Part shown: positions 37,045 through 49,412 of the stretch, one piece after another | Numbering within the stretch: the first letter of the stretch is position 1 | Layout: the number at the start of each line of letters is the position of its first letter | Source of the DNA: Trypethelium eluteriae | Taxonomy: Eukaryota | DNA length: 64,000 nt | Reading direction: 5' to 3' | Assembly: GCA_051942245.1 (NCBI GenBank) | Contig: JAVECL010000032.1 | Coordinates: forward strand, 1-64,000 | Translations under genes and position numbers: made by a program | The notes under the pieces: generated by a model | Database searches by the model: none | What the model saw: the letters and a program-made list of their open reading frames with translations, nothing else | What the model was told of the DNA's origin: nothing

Positions 37045-38770
37045 ATGTCTCGTCCTTCGTCGGCGGGCGACGAGAAGTCTCCTAATGCGGGCGGCGCAGA
37101 GATCAGGAACAAGGTGGAAGCCCCCGAATATCCGAGCAATCAGAAGCGGATTCTTATTATGACGGCGCTTTATTTGGCTCTATTCTTGGTCACATTGGTA
37201 TGAGAGCCATTCACTACGAAAGCCCTTTCCTATACTTGAATTCAATTGCTAATTCCAGGTTGGATTATAGGACCAAAACATTATATCGACCGCCATCCCA
37301 CGCATAACTGACCAATTTCACTCCCTAGACGATGTTGCCTGGTATGGCACGGCCTATTTGCTCACCATGTGCAGCTTTCAGCTTCTCATGGGCAAAGTCT
37401 ACAAACACTACCCTGCCAAGCCGATCTTCCTTACCGCTTGTGCCCTCTTTGAAATCGGTTCCGCCGTCTGCGGTGCGGCTCCAAGTTCAAAAGCGTTCAT
37501 AGTCGGTCGTGCTATTTCAGGGCTGGGATCCGCTGGAATGTTTGCAGGATTGATGGTCATCATGTTCTACACCATTCCACTCCAGCAACGGCCAATATAT
37601 CAGGGTACCTTTGCAGCCACCTTTGCGATTGCATCGGTCATCGGCCCTCTGATCGGAGGGACCTTCACTGACAAGGTTACCTGGCGTTGGTGTTTCTATA
37701 TCAATCTCCCAATTGGCGCAATTTCAATACTCGTCACCATGCTGATTCTGCATTTACCCAACCAGAAGCTTGACGCACCAGCCGAAGGGTGGTTTGGGAA
37801 ACTGAAGCAACTCGACCCCATCGGCAATCTCATGATGTTTCCAGCCGTGGTTTGTCTGGTCCTGGCCCTTCAGTGGGGAGGTACTGAGTACTCTTGGAAG
37901 AATGCTCGCATCATCGTCCTGCTCGTTCTTTGCGGCATCCTTTGCCTTGTCTTCTTGGGTATCCAAATTTGGAAGAAGGAAGATGCAACAGTGCCTCCGC
38001 GCATCGTGAAGCAGCGCAGCGTTGCCGCTGCCCTCTGGTTTGCGCTCTTTAATGGTGCCGGCATGATGGTCCTGCTGTACTATCTTCCAATTTGGTTCCA
38101 GGCCGTAAAAGGTGTCTCGGCCATCAAGTCTGGTATCATGCTGCTGCCGTTGGTCCTGTCAACAGTATTAAGCTCTTTGATCTCCGGTTTTCTCATATCC
38201 AAAATTGGCTACTACGCCCCATTCTTCCTGATCTGCTCGATCATCCAGCCAATCGGAGCTGGCCTTATGGCAACTTTTGCTCCATCCACAGGCCATGCTA
38301 AATGGATTGGCTACCAAGTTGTCTTTGGAGTTGGTCTTGGCTGCGGTACTCAGCAGCCATTGACAGTTGTTCAGACGGTTCTAGAGAGGCCGGACGTCGC
38401 CATCGGTTCCGCACTGATGATGTTTACGCGTTTCCTCGGATCCGCCGTGTTCTTGCCAGTGGCGCAAAATATCTTCCTCAATAGCCTTGTCAAGAAACTC
38501 ACTAACCTTCCAGGCATCAGTCCTGGTGCTGTGACTGGTGGTGGCGCCACTGACTTGAGAAATTTGGCTTCTGGAGATGATTTGAGAACACTTCTTTCCG
38601 ATTACAACGCGGCTATCATCAATGTGTTTTACATGGTGATAGCGACATGCGCTGCAACAATCCTCGGTAGCGTTTTGGTGGAATGGCGTAGCGTGAGAGC
38701 TCGCGCAGAGGAGCAGGCGGGGAAAACCAAGAAACCTATTGAAGCCACGAGAGATAGGGAATCTGTATGA
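37045..38770 (+). CDS. MFS drug/toxin efflux transporter (DHA2, 14-TMS; AflT/GliA-like)
   Basis: Exon 1 from ATG 37045 (..[11 protein letters not shown]), intron 37198-37270, then [37 protein letters not shown] and [12 protein letters not shown]. Divergent from the TF, with ~260 bp between starts. Confidence 0.92.
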
Positions 38771-39011
38771 CGTGATTCCAGATCAGGATGCAACGACACA
38801 AGCTCTGTAATATAGATTACTTTAGCCTGCATTCCACTCATGTAATTGTAATTCCACTCACTCAAACACGTTTCGACGCTAATTGACTCAATGACAATCC
38901 TAGCGAAGCTCTGGGATGCGGAGAAAGTGTCTTTGACAATTGCACTTGGGCCTACAAAAGGTCTCAAGAACGAGCTCGAATGTACATGTTAAGGGAAGCG
39001 GTACTTGGTGA

Positions 39012-41329
39012 TCAAAAATGAGGAATTTGTAGGCTGGCTAGACCAAGGTCAACCATACTGAATACACCTTCTCCTAGAATCAACCCCGAGGCAGCTACAA
39101 TGATCGAAACATCTTCGCCGACATGATTGCGCAGTAATAACCATTTTAGCCCACCACCGATTGCCCTTGGTATTGAGTAGGACGGAGTGATATATATACC
39201 CACGGCAAAGGCAATGCCTCCAGGTACGTAGGCCTGCAGATTTCGAACCTTGGCTGAGCTGTGACTTCCCAAATAAATTCGAAAAGTGGTTATGAGTATG
39301 GTGATGAGTCCAGCAGCGAGGGCGCACTGCGCTGCCATTGGGGGAAGGCCTTTGCCCGTGAGAAGTCTGGCAGAGAAAATCCAAACGTATGCACCAGGTA
39401 TCTCGAAGAGGCGGCTCGGAAGCTCATAAACCCGTACGTAGAGGCGGTAAACAATCGGCGAGATCACAACTCCCAAGATACTACCGATGAGTTGACCATA
39501 AAATTGAGCCTTGGGTGAGGCATGGAGAAGATGACCAGTTTTGAGATCTTGCATCAGATCAGACGCCTGGCTTGCACCTGAATCGGATATTGTACCGGCA
39601 AGTAGATTTATGACAACACTATTTGGGTTCTCCTTGGACGTGATTAGGGCAAACACAAGCTGTGTCAATTTACTAATCCCTGACGCTGGGCAAATATCGG
39701 TTTCGCCAGTTGCTCGCATACCCATCAAAGAGGCTAGAAGGGCTAGCATAGTAGCCAGTAGGCTCAAAAAGACTGGAATATACGCGCCAAATGATAAATG
39801 AACAAAAAGCACGCAGATCGATAGCGCGAGAGGAAGTAAGAACGAGACCATCGTGTTAGATACAAGTTGCTGTGGCGGTGCGTCTCTATCTGGGCCACCG
39901 GAGGAGCTGGGTGATGTTACGGGAACTTTGGGGGAGACCGAGCGTGGCTGCAGTGAGGTGGGCCAGAAATGACCAATGTTCTGAAGAAGTATGAGACTGC
40001 GCCAATTCCCAAAGTTCTTGGCGTGCTCTCTGAAATAGTGACTCTGTCTGTGGACAAACTTCGCGAGCGGTTTCAAGATAAGCCAGCACAGATTTGTTAA
40101 CGAATCTGCAAGGAGGATAGCGAGCGAGATCCACATAATCCAGCCTTTGCTTCCCTGTTCCCAATCGTCAATGGAACCTGGTGCCCATCCTTTATGTTTG
40201 GACATTGGCGAAAGTATACCCCATCCTACTATTGCCCCGAGAAGCATATGAAACGTGGTCGTTGGGCCCATGATGACACCTTGACCGAGGTATGCAGGAG
40301 ATGGGTTCAGAGTCCACAGCCAATTGCTCGCCATGGACGGACCAAATATCGGTATGTGACGGACTTGAGGGACGAAGTATGCGAGTATAGTCTATGACAA
40401 GAAGTAAGCCCTTGTATCAATGCAGAAAGAATCAAACCCACATATATTGCAGAAACGCCAGAAGCTTGCACCAATATCCGTATGTATTTCTCCCTACGAT
40501 TGTGTTGCATGTTATCCTGAACTTCGTGCGACTCCTCAGTCGTGAGCTGGCCCTCGTCATTTTCAACGTCATCGAAATCCTGGACAGTGTGGTCACTTTG
40601 AACTTGGTCAATGTGCCGCAGCAGTCCACGCGCTTCATATTCATCCCTCGTCGCAGCATCCGAATTGCCGTTGGGTTTCTCATCTGCTTTTCCATGTAAA
40701 ATGCGAATCAAAAGCGCTGTAGCCGTGCCTGTGGGGAATTTGAGTCTCTCTCGAACAATCATTTGCTTCCTCAAACTGATTGCGAAGACGGACCCGAATA
40801 GAGATACCCCAAGGCTCCATGCCATCAAGCGTCCGACTTCCAATTCGATCGGAGCGCCCTCACTCTTTTTCAACAAAAACTCCAGCGCTGGTATAATTCC
40901 TGCAAAACCGCACCCCAATGACATGCTGCCTAGTGCAGAAGCGACAGATTGTACGAGAACGTTTTCAACCGGTGTGAATGGAAGCCTGAGGCGTGGACCC
41001 AGGAACTTGAAAATGGCAAATCCCATGAGGGAGCCCTGTAGCGACATGGAACTGCCCCATCCCGTCTGAAGGCCGAAGTAGATGTTGCAAAAACATATTA
41101 GCACGCCAATGGCCAGGCCAACCAATAGAGCTCGAAGTGTAAAGTGGTGTATTGTAGTTTCTTGGGAGCCTAATGTCGTGCTGGGGTGAGAGTGGTCGTA
41201 CGGTTGAGGATCGTCAGGCAAAGAGTGCTCTAGAATAGTGGAGCCTCTGATGTTGCTGAAGGAGTTGAGAAGACTCTGCGGAGAGCGAGTGTTTCCTAGA
41301 CTAGTTGAAAAGCTAGCAGTAGTAGTCAT
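39012..41329 (-). CDS. OPT-superfamily (YSL-like) oligopeptide transporter
   Basis: Two exons, with an intron at ~40444-40393. Motifs FTLRALLVGL..NIYFGLQTGW, PFTPVENVLVQS, LKFPTGTATA, GETDICPASGISK, DLMQDLKTGHL and ASGLILGEG. Confidence 0.9.
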
Positions 41330-42087
41330 TATTCTGAGGCCCCCTGGTCTAGCAGAGTGACCTAACGGGTTTACTTCGGCCGCGAAAAGCCGGCCCGGCC
41401 TTTCGTGTAATATCAGAAGACGTTGAGGCCTTTCAACACCGTTTGGACTTCTCGGCTTCGTACGAAACAATGGGAATGATGTGTGCGTCTCTCGCTCATC
41501 CAGCTCTCTGACCATTGCACGCTTTCGCAGGGTCAGCTGTGCGTGACAGCTCTGCCTGACTTGCCGTGTGGTTACACAACAGCTGGATTCAACTCTTCCG
41601 CACCAATCACAGGCGACCTGTCAGTCCCACATACCACCAACTTCTTACTTTGTCAAACGGATGAGGATAGCCCCGGCGGTCGAGATATCAGAAACTTTTA
41701 AGATGGTCAGACGCAGTACGTACACGCTTGGAGTTCGATGTTGCTTCGCTACTTTGCCTGAAGTGCTAGCCTCTTTCGCCGAGTATCTCAACGTACCTAC
41801 CTTACCGCGGCTGGGGGGTTCCTCAACTGGTAATCAATACGATGTTACCTCAGTTTAGCTGTTATGACCATGTTGGCCCATGTTAAGGCGGTGTTAACAT
41901 GGACCAATAAGGTCATAACAGTAGAGCCGAAATAACATTGTATTAATTACCAGTTGAGGAACCCTCTAGCCGCGGTAAGGTAATTAGTGCTACACGAACG
42001 AAGTCAAATTTGTCCGGCGCCATGCATTCAATGCATGCCTTCAATGCCAAGACGAATGTGCGGCAGGCGTTGTGACAAAGGTGTAGA

Positions 42088-43377
42088 TCAGAACATCTTT
42101 ACAAACCATTCTCTTCGAGCGGCGGCACTCAACGCACCCATGTCTCTCTCGTCGACTTCTTTCACAGCAATGTATTGTTGTTTCAAAGAACTGCCGAGCA
42201 CTGCATCAAAAACGGTAGACTCCTTCAGGGCCGTAATGCTCTCCTTGAGATTTTTAGGCAATTGCACGACGATACCGAGTCCTCTGCGTTCATCTTCCCT
42301 CAGCTCGTATGGATTTTGTCGACAGTCGCAGCTGTGAAGGGGAATAGTCTCTTTTATTCCTCGCATACCCCCGGCGAGGGTCGTAAGCAACGCAAGATAG
42401 AAGTTCGCGGTCGCATCCAAGCCTCGGAGCTCCCAATGGTCCATTTTGATGGCTCTGATGGGCACATACCGGTTTTCCGTGCCCCAGGCTACCCACGTAC
42501 CAGCATTATTCCGCAAACCTGTTACACGATGGTAACTGTCATAGGACGGCATAGTAAAGGCAAAAATGGCTGGAAGATCTTCAAGGACACCAGCCAGAAA
42601 GTTGTCACGTTTGTTCTGGGGCTTTATCGATATGTGTGCATGCGCTCCCGTGGCAAGGTCTTCGGGTAGCGGCTTTGGTGCCATTGTTGCGCGGAACCCG
42701 TAGCGGATACTGGTATGCTTGATGCATTCGTGTGTCTGCATCAGGGCGTCGATTGCATCAACCGGATTCGATGGTCCGGTTACTATTTGGAGTTGGTTCG
42801 GTGCGTCTGTGTGAAACAGAAGTACCCTGATCTCTGAAGCTTGTAATGCTTCGACTATTTCCTCGATAAGCCGTAACTTGGTTCCGCGCAGCCCTGTTGT
42901 GGTGGACCATGCGTTGACAGCATCAACATCCTCTGGAACATTTCCGGCTGCATCCAAAAGAGCGAATTCTATTTCGAATCCGACTGAAAACGTCACTGCG
43001 TGCACGTTTTCCCACTCCTCAAGCTGGTCCACGAGCTTCCGTCTTGGACAAAGGTGGAATGGCTCACTGGAGTCTGTATCGTACACGAAACACATGACGG
43101 AGGCATGACCTGGTGCGTATGGGCAGATACGAAGGGACTGCCAGTCGGGGAGGAGCTCGCATAACCCCGCAGGCGGTACAATCGATGAAATTGCATCATT
43201 TACAGCGTGCAACAAACTTTTCCCGCCGACTGTAGGGTACTTGTCTCGTGCAATAAGATCCAGGCAATGTTGGACTGTAAGAAACCGAGTGTGTAGGATA
43301 CCCGAGAAATCCACGAATTGCAAGCGGATGTATTTAACAGAAGGATATTTATGGAGGAATGAAGGTAGTGTAGCCAT
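42088..43377 (-). CDS. Glutamine synthetase-like protein (FluG C-terminal / gamma-glutamyl ligase type)
   Basis: Intronless. Motifs YIRLQFVDFSG, LCPR, GFEIEF, RATMAPKP..GAHAHISI, SYHRV, WVAWGTENR and HWELRGLDATANFY. No amidohydrolase domain. Confidence 0.88.
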   Translation of the reverse strand: MATLPSFLHKYPSVKYIRLQFVDFSGILHTRFLTVQHCLDLIARDKYPTVGGKSLLHAVNDAISSIVPPAGLCELLPDWQSLRICPYAPGHASVMCFVYDTDSSEPFHLCPRRKLVDQLEEWENVHAVTFSVGFEIEFALLDAAGNVPEDVDAVNAWSTTTGLRGTKLRLIEEIVEALQASEIRVLLFHTDAPNQLQIVTGPSNPVDAIDALMQTHECIKHTSIRYGFRATMAPKPLPEDLATGAHAHISIKPQNKRDNFLAGVLEDLPAIFAFTMPSYDSYHRVTGLRNNAGTWVAWGTENRYVPIRAIKMDHWELRGLDATANFYLALLTTLAGGMRGIKETIPLHSCDCRQNPYELREDERRGLGIVVQLPKNLKESITALKESTVFDAVLGSSLKQQYIAVKEVDERDMGALSAAARREWFVKMF

Positions 43378-44120
43378 ATCCTTCTCATAGATGTCCTCGG
43401 TTTGATGCAATGCTCTGTAACTACCCAAGACGATGATGTGGATAACAAAGGATGTGTGGTTGCGTTATTTGAACGAATTCAATGGGTGAGTTTACCATGG
43501 CAGTACCATTGTCGAAAGCGTAACTGTCAAGGCTGACTCTGGAGCATCGAGCTGATTATTGCAAGTACTAGTACTTCATCCGACCGTATCGGCTGATGAA
43601 GAGGAGGCCAGAATTTCGATCCTCCATTTTCGGCAGAGCTAGCGCAGGCATGGCTACGTTGCACAAATGCAGCTGCGTGCATGTTCGCGACCTCATCACA
43701 ACATATTGTCATGGGTCTGCAGCACTTTATATTCCGACTGTAGTGGCGTGATATCTGCCGCTTCGCCCGTGCTGCCTTCATGCAGTCTTCATGCTTGGCA
43801 TCCCTCACTCTTGGTCATGAAGCTTTTTATTGGCCAAGTTGAATCATGTCTATCTTTACTCCCAATGTCTTGACTCACTTCGGTTGTAGATGCGTCTCTG
43901 GACGGGCATCTCCAACAAATAAGGGCTGCCTTAAAGGTAGTACGAGCTGCACCGGTAATGCAGCAATCGTTCCCGTGAGACGCAGCCCACAATAACCCAC
44001 CTCTTTGTCTCATAGCTGTATCATGATTGCTATACTGTCTCTACTATCAGTCCCTCGTTACCTTGTCTAAGATCGCTGAACCACGTATGGCAACCTGAAT
44101 TGAGAATAAGACCAAAGGTT

Positions 44121-46765
44121 ATGGCATCGTTACTGATAAGAGACTCAACGACTGAACTGACGTCATTCCCATGCTTGAAACTACGTGACGACCTCGAAGA
44201 TCTCAGTGTTCCGAACGACAATAGTGTACCACAGAATAGGAGATTCTTCCCGAGAAGCAGTGTCAAGAGGCTCTGCACTGAAGGTTGGATCTCATCAGCA
44301 CTTCACTGCTGCTGTCTCAAATGTCGTGAAAATCGGCAGACTGCTCAGCGACCGCCGAACTCCCCATATTACTACGCTGCGATTATAGGGGAAAACAAGA
44401 GCAGCCGCTGCGACAGCGGTCGTGTAGGCATTCTTTTCGCACTCTGCGTTTGCAGCGAATGCCCATCTTTGATCTACTCGTTCATCGACAAGGGTATCAC
44501 CGATGACTACTTCGAAAACCACATGTCACAATTCACGGCCAGCAACATACGACAAAAATACTGGTCCTCTATCCATCCAAGGTATTCGGAAAGGTTTCAC
44601 TGGAACAAGTACAGATTTGCCACCCCCTTCCTGAAGAAAATATTATTCGACGAGTATCCATCCGAGATCATTCTACCTTTTCTGAAAGAAAGTCGCCTGG
44701 GCAAGCAAAATAAGCACGGTGAGATCGAAGACGAAGGCAGCTATGGAAAGGTCTTTGCGTTTGAGATACTCGACGAATATTTTGCAATTCCTGTAGGGCA
44801 TGAGTTTTGTGCGCTGCATCAAGTGCAACTAATGACCATTTCCTGAATCAGGGTTTCGCTGGGGTCCGGCGCTTTGCTCGCAAGGAGTTACACCCTGATA
44901 CGTCCTATGAACAGTTTACTCACGAATACAGGAACCTCCTGAAGGTTGGCCAGTTGCAAGATGACCATATCGTTAAATTGGTGAAGGCATATAGGCACGG
45001 AGATTGCTACAACCTCGTATTCCCATGCGCAAAGACCAACTTACGGCTATATCTACGGCAACCTCAGTTTCATCCGGCCCCACGCGTTTCAAATGTCATT
45101 TGGCATCCTCTTTGGCATCGGATGTTGGCTCTTGCTCGAGCCTTGCACAAGGTATTGCACTTCGAAAGCCCTACTTCTACTCGTGAACCTTCTTTCTTTG
45201 GGTATCATCTTGATCTGAAACCAGCGAATATTTTAGTTGAAGAATCCGACGATCTTGTCTTAACCGATTTTGGGCAAGCCACCTTCAAACAGGTTGTTGG
45301 ATCCACCTCTTCCAAGGTCGCAGGCAGGGGAGGCACAGAAGCATATGCTCCACCCAAGATCGACGATAAAGAAGCTAGACAGAGCAGGAGATACGACATA
45401 TGGTCGTTTGGAGGTATATTACTTGAGGCTTGTGGCTTTGCCGTCGGCGGTTGCGAGGGCGTTCTACACCTTGATCAATTACGCTCAAAAAAACACCCGG
45501 ATAATAATTCCACTGATGACCGTTTTTTCAGGCGCAAGAATTCGAACTCCTATGAATTGAAACCAGAAATCAAGGAGTGGATTGAGCTACTACCCCAGGC
45601 TCTGGAAGGACAAGAAAGGAACTTTCTCAACGAAGTGCTTTCGCTAGCTCTGCAAATGCTTCATGTAGATGTCTCTTTGAGGCTTACCTCAAAAGACGTC
45701 TGCATTCGCTTCTCCGAAATTATAGACCGCTTTCAATCTGACCCACAGAATGGACCAGGATCGATTGGCTTTGACGCCCAATCTCCGCGATCAGGAAGGG
45801 AGATTGGAAAAGAACGAATGAAGGATATTCCATTTCTGGGGTATAATATCCACGGATTCTGGAAATCCGGTCCTGTGCGTTTCGTTCAAGACCACACCGG
45901 TTTACGTGTGGAAACCTTGGAGGGACAGACTTGGAAGGGGTCATCGCTGAATGATGTCTCTACGATTCGCCTGGTCCCGCGGTATGCTTTTTATGACCGG
46001 AACCCTCACTATTACTCCGACGCTCATCTATATTTTTACCCTCCGGGCCAACACAAAGGCAAGTTCTCGGCTGATAATGATAGAGATATTCATCTTCTTC
46101 AGGAGATATTACTGGGTCAAGAGGTACGCTTTAGTAGCAACCTGAAGATTGCACAAGCGAGACTAAAGGATCGGCTCACGTTTTCCGAGACATTTCACCG
46201 TAGACGAGGCAGCAATTTGGCCAACCAGCGGCACGAACTGGAGTTTAGAGCTTCTAGTATTCAACTATGGATTGACAGTTCGCATCGTGACATCAGAGAC
46301 ATCATTACCCCGACAAGGCCGTCTGTCAAATATATGCCCCGATCTTTACGAACAACTCCGTTCCCCTCCCGAATTGTTATTTTTTATGAGCAATCTATAC
46401 TCGTTGTTCGTATCCATAAGAATGTACGAATTTCACCGTCAGCGCGTGTTACCGAATCGGCAGCTTTTCTAGAATTGATTCCAACAGACAAGCGGCGAGG
46501 CGCATCATTCCCAGTATCAGTCTTCAAAACTGAACCTAGGGAGGTGCTACCTTCTCTCCCACTGACCAGAGATAAGTTCGAATTGGAAGAGATGGACAAC
46601 AGCAAAGAGTGCTGCTGTTTGACTCTCGAGTTTCACTCTACTGCACAAGCTCGATCATTCCATCAACATTACAAAAAGATCAAGCGAACGTGGTTGGAAG
46701 ATTTACACAAATTCGAGAAGTTAAAGGGCCAGATCGGCCCTGTACTGGGATACGGGCAGTCGTAG
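44121..46765 (+). CDS. Fungal Ser/Thr protein kinase-domain protein with a long C-terminal extension
   Basis: Exon 1 44121-44792 ends with the G-loop EGSYGKV; intron 44793-44851. Exon 2 has FARKEL, HIVKLVKAY, YHLDLKPANILV, TDFGQA, GTEAYAPPK and DIWSFG. Confidence 0.85.
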
Positions 46766-46828
46766 AAGGAGAGGCCACAGCATCTCCCTGACAGCTCTTA
46801 CATCATCGTTGCATAGTTCCAACGTCAA

Positions 46829-48746
46829 TCATGCCTCCTTCTCAGCGTGTCCGTTTTTGAGGTATGCACGATGCCTACGGAGGTACCAGACATACGCTCC
46901 AAATGTCACCGATAGAAGCACGCTTGTCAACACGATAAAAACCCAGAATTCACCATCAATCTGGACAAAGCGGTTCTCTTTGGTACTTTTGATGTTGATA
47001 TAGTTCATTCCCATCATTGACTAAATTCTACCGTATCAGCGGAATGCCATTGGCACACGTCATGAGGTTTAGGAACTCACCGAGGCAAGGGAAGCCGGTA
47101 AGTATGTTAGTGCGAGGAGCGTCAACGTCTTCAGGATATCAGTATCCCGAGATGCTTTCTGGGTCAGTTCTACGATCAATTTATTCTCCATCTGGGTTAA
47201 TTTAGCCATTTCGCTCATAGATTGACTGTTGTTTTTTAAACTGTCCCAACATTGAAAGTCGAGAATCGTTCTAACCTGTTTTACAATCAGCTCACACTTT
47301 CTTCTCAGAGCCGCTTAGACATACAAGAGCGATCGTTGCATCAAGCCTTTTCAGCATACTGTTAATCCGGCTCATCTGAATATTGGAATCCGCAAGTAAC
47401 GCCCGAAGGAGGTCCGAGTCGTCTCCTTTCCTATGTTCTCCCGCTGTTAACATACCTAATCGATTCTGCAGGTCCCGCAGAATTCTGCGGTCCATGTCGA
47501 AGACGTGAGCTAGTTCTTGAAATTTGTCTTGAAGAAACTGTATAGCTTGTATATCCTCGAAACGAATCTCAGCCATAGGCAAGGCTTTCCATCTAACCCC
47601 GTTCACACGTGCCAGTTGGGCCCTTTCTTTCTGCTAAGTGTCAATTGACTCGAGGACTTCAGTCTGAAGAGGGTAAAATGCGCACCATATGAACGTATCG
47701 TTTCTCCAAGTCGCTAATGTACCATCTCCAATTTTCCATCATGCATGAGAGAATCGCCATGTGTATCTTCTGAGGCAAATCCGTTCCATCGCATTTTTTC
47801 AGGTCCGCCAAACGTCTTTGTAGCGGGATGGATGGATTGATGATAATAAAAACATCTCCAGATGGTCCGCCGTATTTATGGTAAACCCCCATCTGTCTGA
47901 TCGACCATGGCTCTTCACTTTGTAATTTTCCATGTCTCTCAACGTGCTTTATAAGATAGGCGATCTCTAATATATATTAGTTTTTGATAGGTAAGCTCTA
48001 AGATGTCCAGAGAAATTCTACCGAGTCCAGCGGTACTCTTGCCAGACCGAAAATGCAAACCACCGTAAGACTCATCTTCGTAGCTTGTTCTCTGACCGAA
48101 AGCACGAATGACATCAAGAAATGGCGGAAAAACATTAAAATATGTTAGCAGCTTGCGCATGCTATCCTCGTCTATCACAAGCTGTCCCCATGAGCTCTGC
48201 TGCGGAATGAGTCTCGTGGGAAATCAGTTTGTATTAAAGAAACAGCTGCTGTGTGCGATCATACATTACTCGAGTGGCCAGTCCATCACCCATGTGCTGC
48301 TATTTCTCATTAGCTCAATATTGTAATTATAGAGCGGATCGAGCAAAAACCTTGAGATATATTTCGAGTGCTGTTGCGTCCTCTAATTGTTTCTCTGTCA
48401 CTATTTCTGGTCAGTCGGCGGCCAAAGGGCAAGGCTGAAACGAAATGGAGTTGAGTACCGTGCACTCCAATTTCAATCACTTTGATCACGATCGGATCAC
48501 ATTTCTGCACAAACAAACGCAGAGAATCTCCACGCAACTGTTCGTTGTAAGATTCGTGATTGTATGCATACCAACTCTCATCGTCGTCGGTGCAAAGACT
48601 TTCTGGATACTTCTCCCATCCATCAAACTGAGAATATTTATGCATTCCAGATTTAATCTAGACCGGTTCGGCAGACAAAATAGGTATGACCACTCACATA
48701 CAGCATGATCTCTCTTCCGTATGTTTTCCATGCTCTTCACGTCCAT
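46829..48746 (-). CDS. CorA-like membrane protein (fungal CorA/Mg2+-transporter-like family)
   Basis: Multi-exon. Reads LLTYFNVFPPFLDVIRAFG, WSIRQMGVYHKY, HMAILSCMMENWRWYI, RDTDILKTLTLLALTYLPASLAS|SMMGMNY (CorA GMN motif), then a terminal TM FWVFIVLTSVLLSVTF. The start is approximate. Confidence 0.75.
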
Positions 48747-49412
48747 TTAAACGAAAAGCTGGAGCTGCAGGATATCACTGCCTGTTGGCCGCAGTGCGCA
48801 TACGGCTGACCAGGTGATAAGGGCTCGACGGCTCGGCATATACTCTGTCTCACTCAATGCAGAGTATATCATCCAATCCATTAGCACATCAGTTCGATGT
48901 ATGTAGTTGCATGTTCACTGTCACCCAATAGAATGTCTGAGCCGCGGTCAGGCTCCGCCGTAGCTAAAGTGGTTCCGATAACACAATATGCAGCCTCTTT
49001 GAGAAGCTACCATGGAGTAGCTTGTCAATCCATGGGCTTATTTGTTCCACGTCACTGCCTCCGCGATATGCCTGCCAATATGCAATCGACTCTCTTAAAT
49101 CATCGTCGTGCTGCATTGCAGCTGCAACAACCCCACCTCGAGGCACGAAAGGATGTAACCACGTAAATTAGAACGCCCGGTCTGCCTGAAAAGTCCTGTT
49201 GTGCAGCTTTGCTCTGTGAGAGGTCAGAAGCGCCCAATGCCTTGCAGAGCGAGGCAGCATAAGGCTGCCTCGAAAGGATGACCCCTGCTTAAATGCTTTA
49301 ATCAACGAGCAGCGCCATTCTGCCTGACGGAACATCAAGTAAAAACAGTTTCCCCAAGTTTCTCCGTAAATTTCTCAAAGAAAGGGTGCATCAAATCGGA
49401 TACCTGCAGAAA

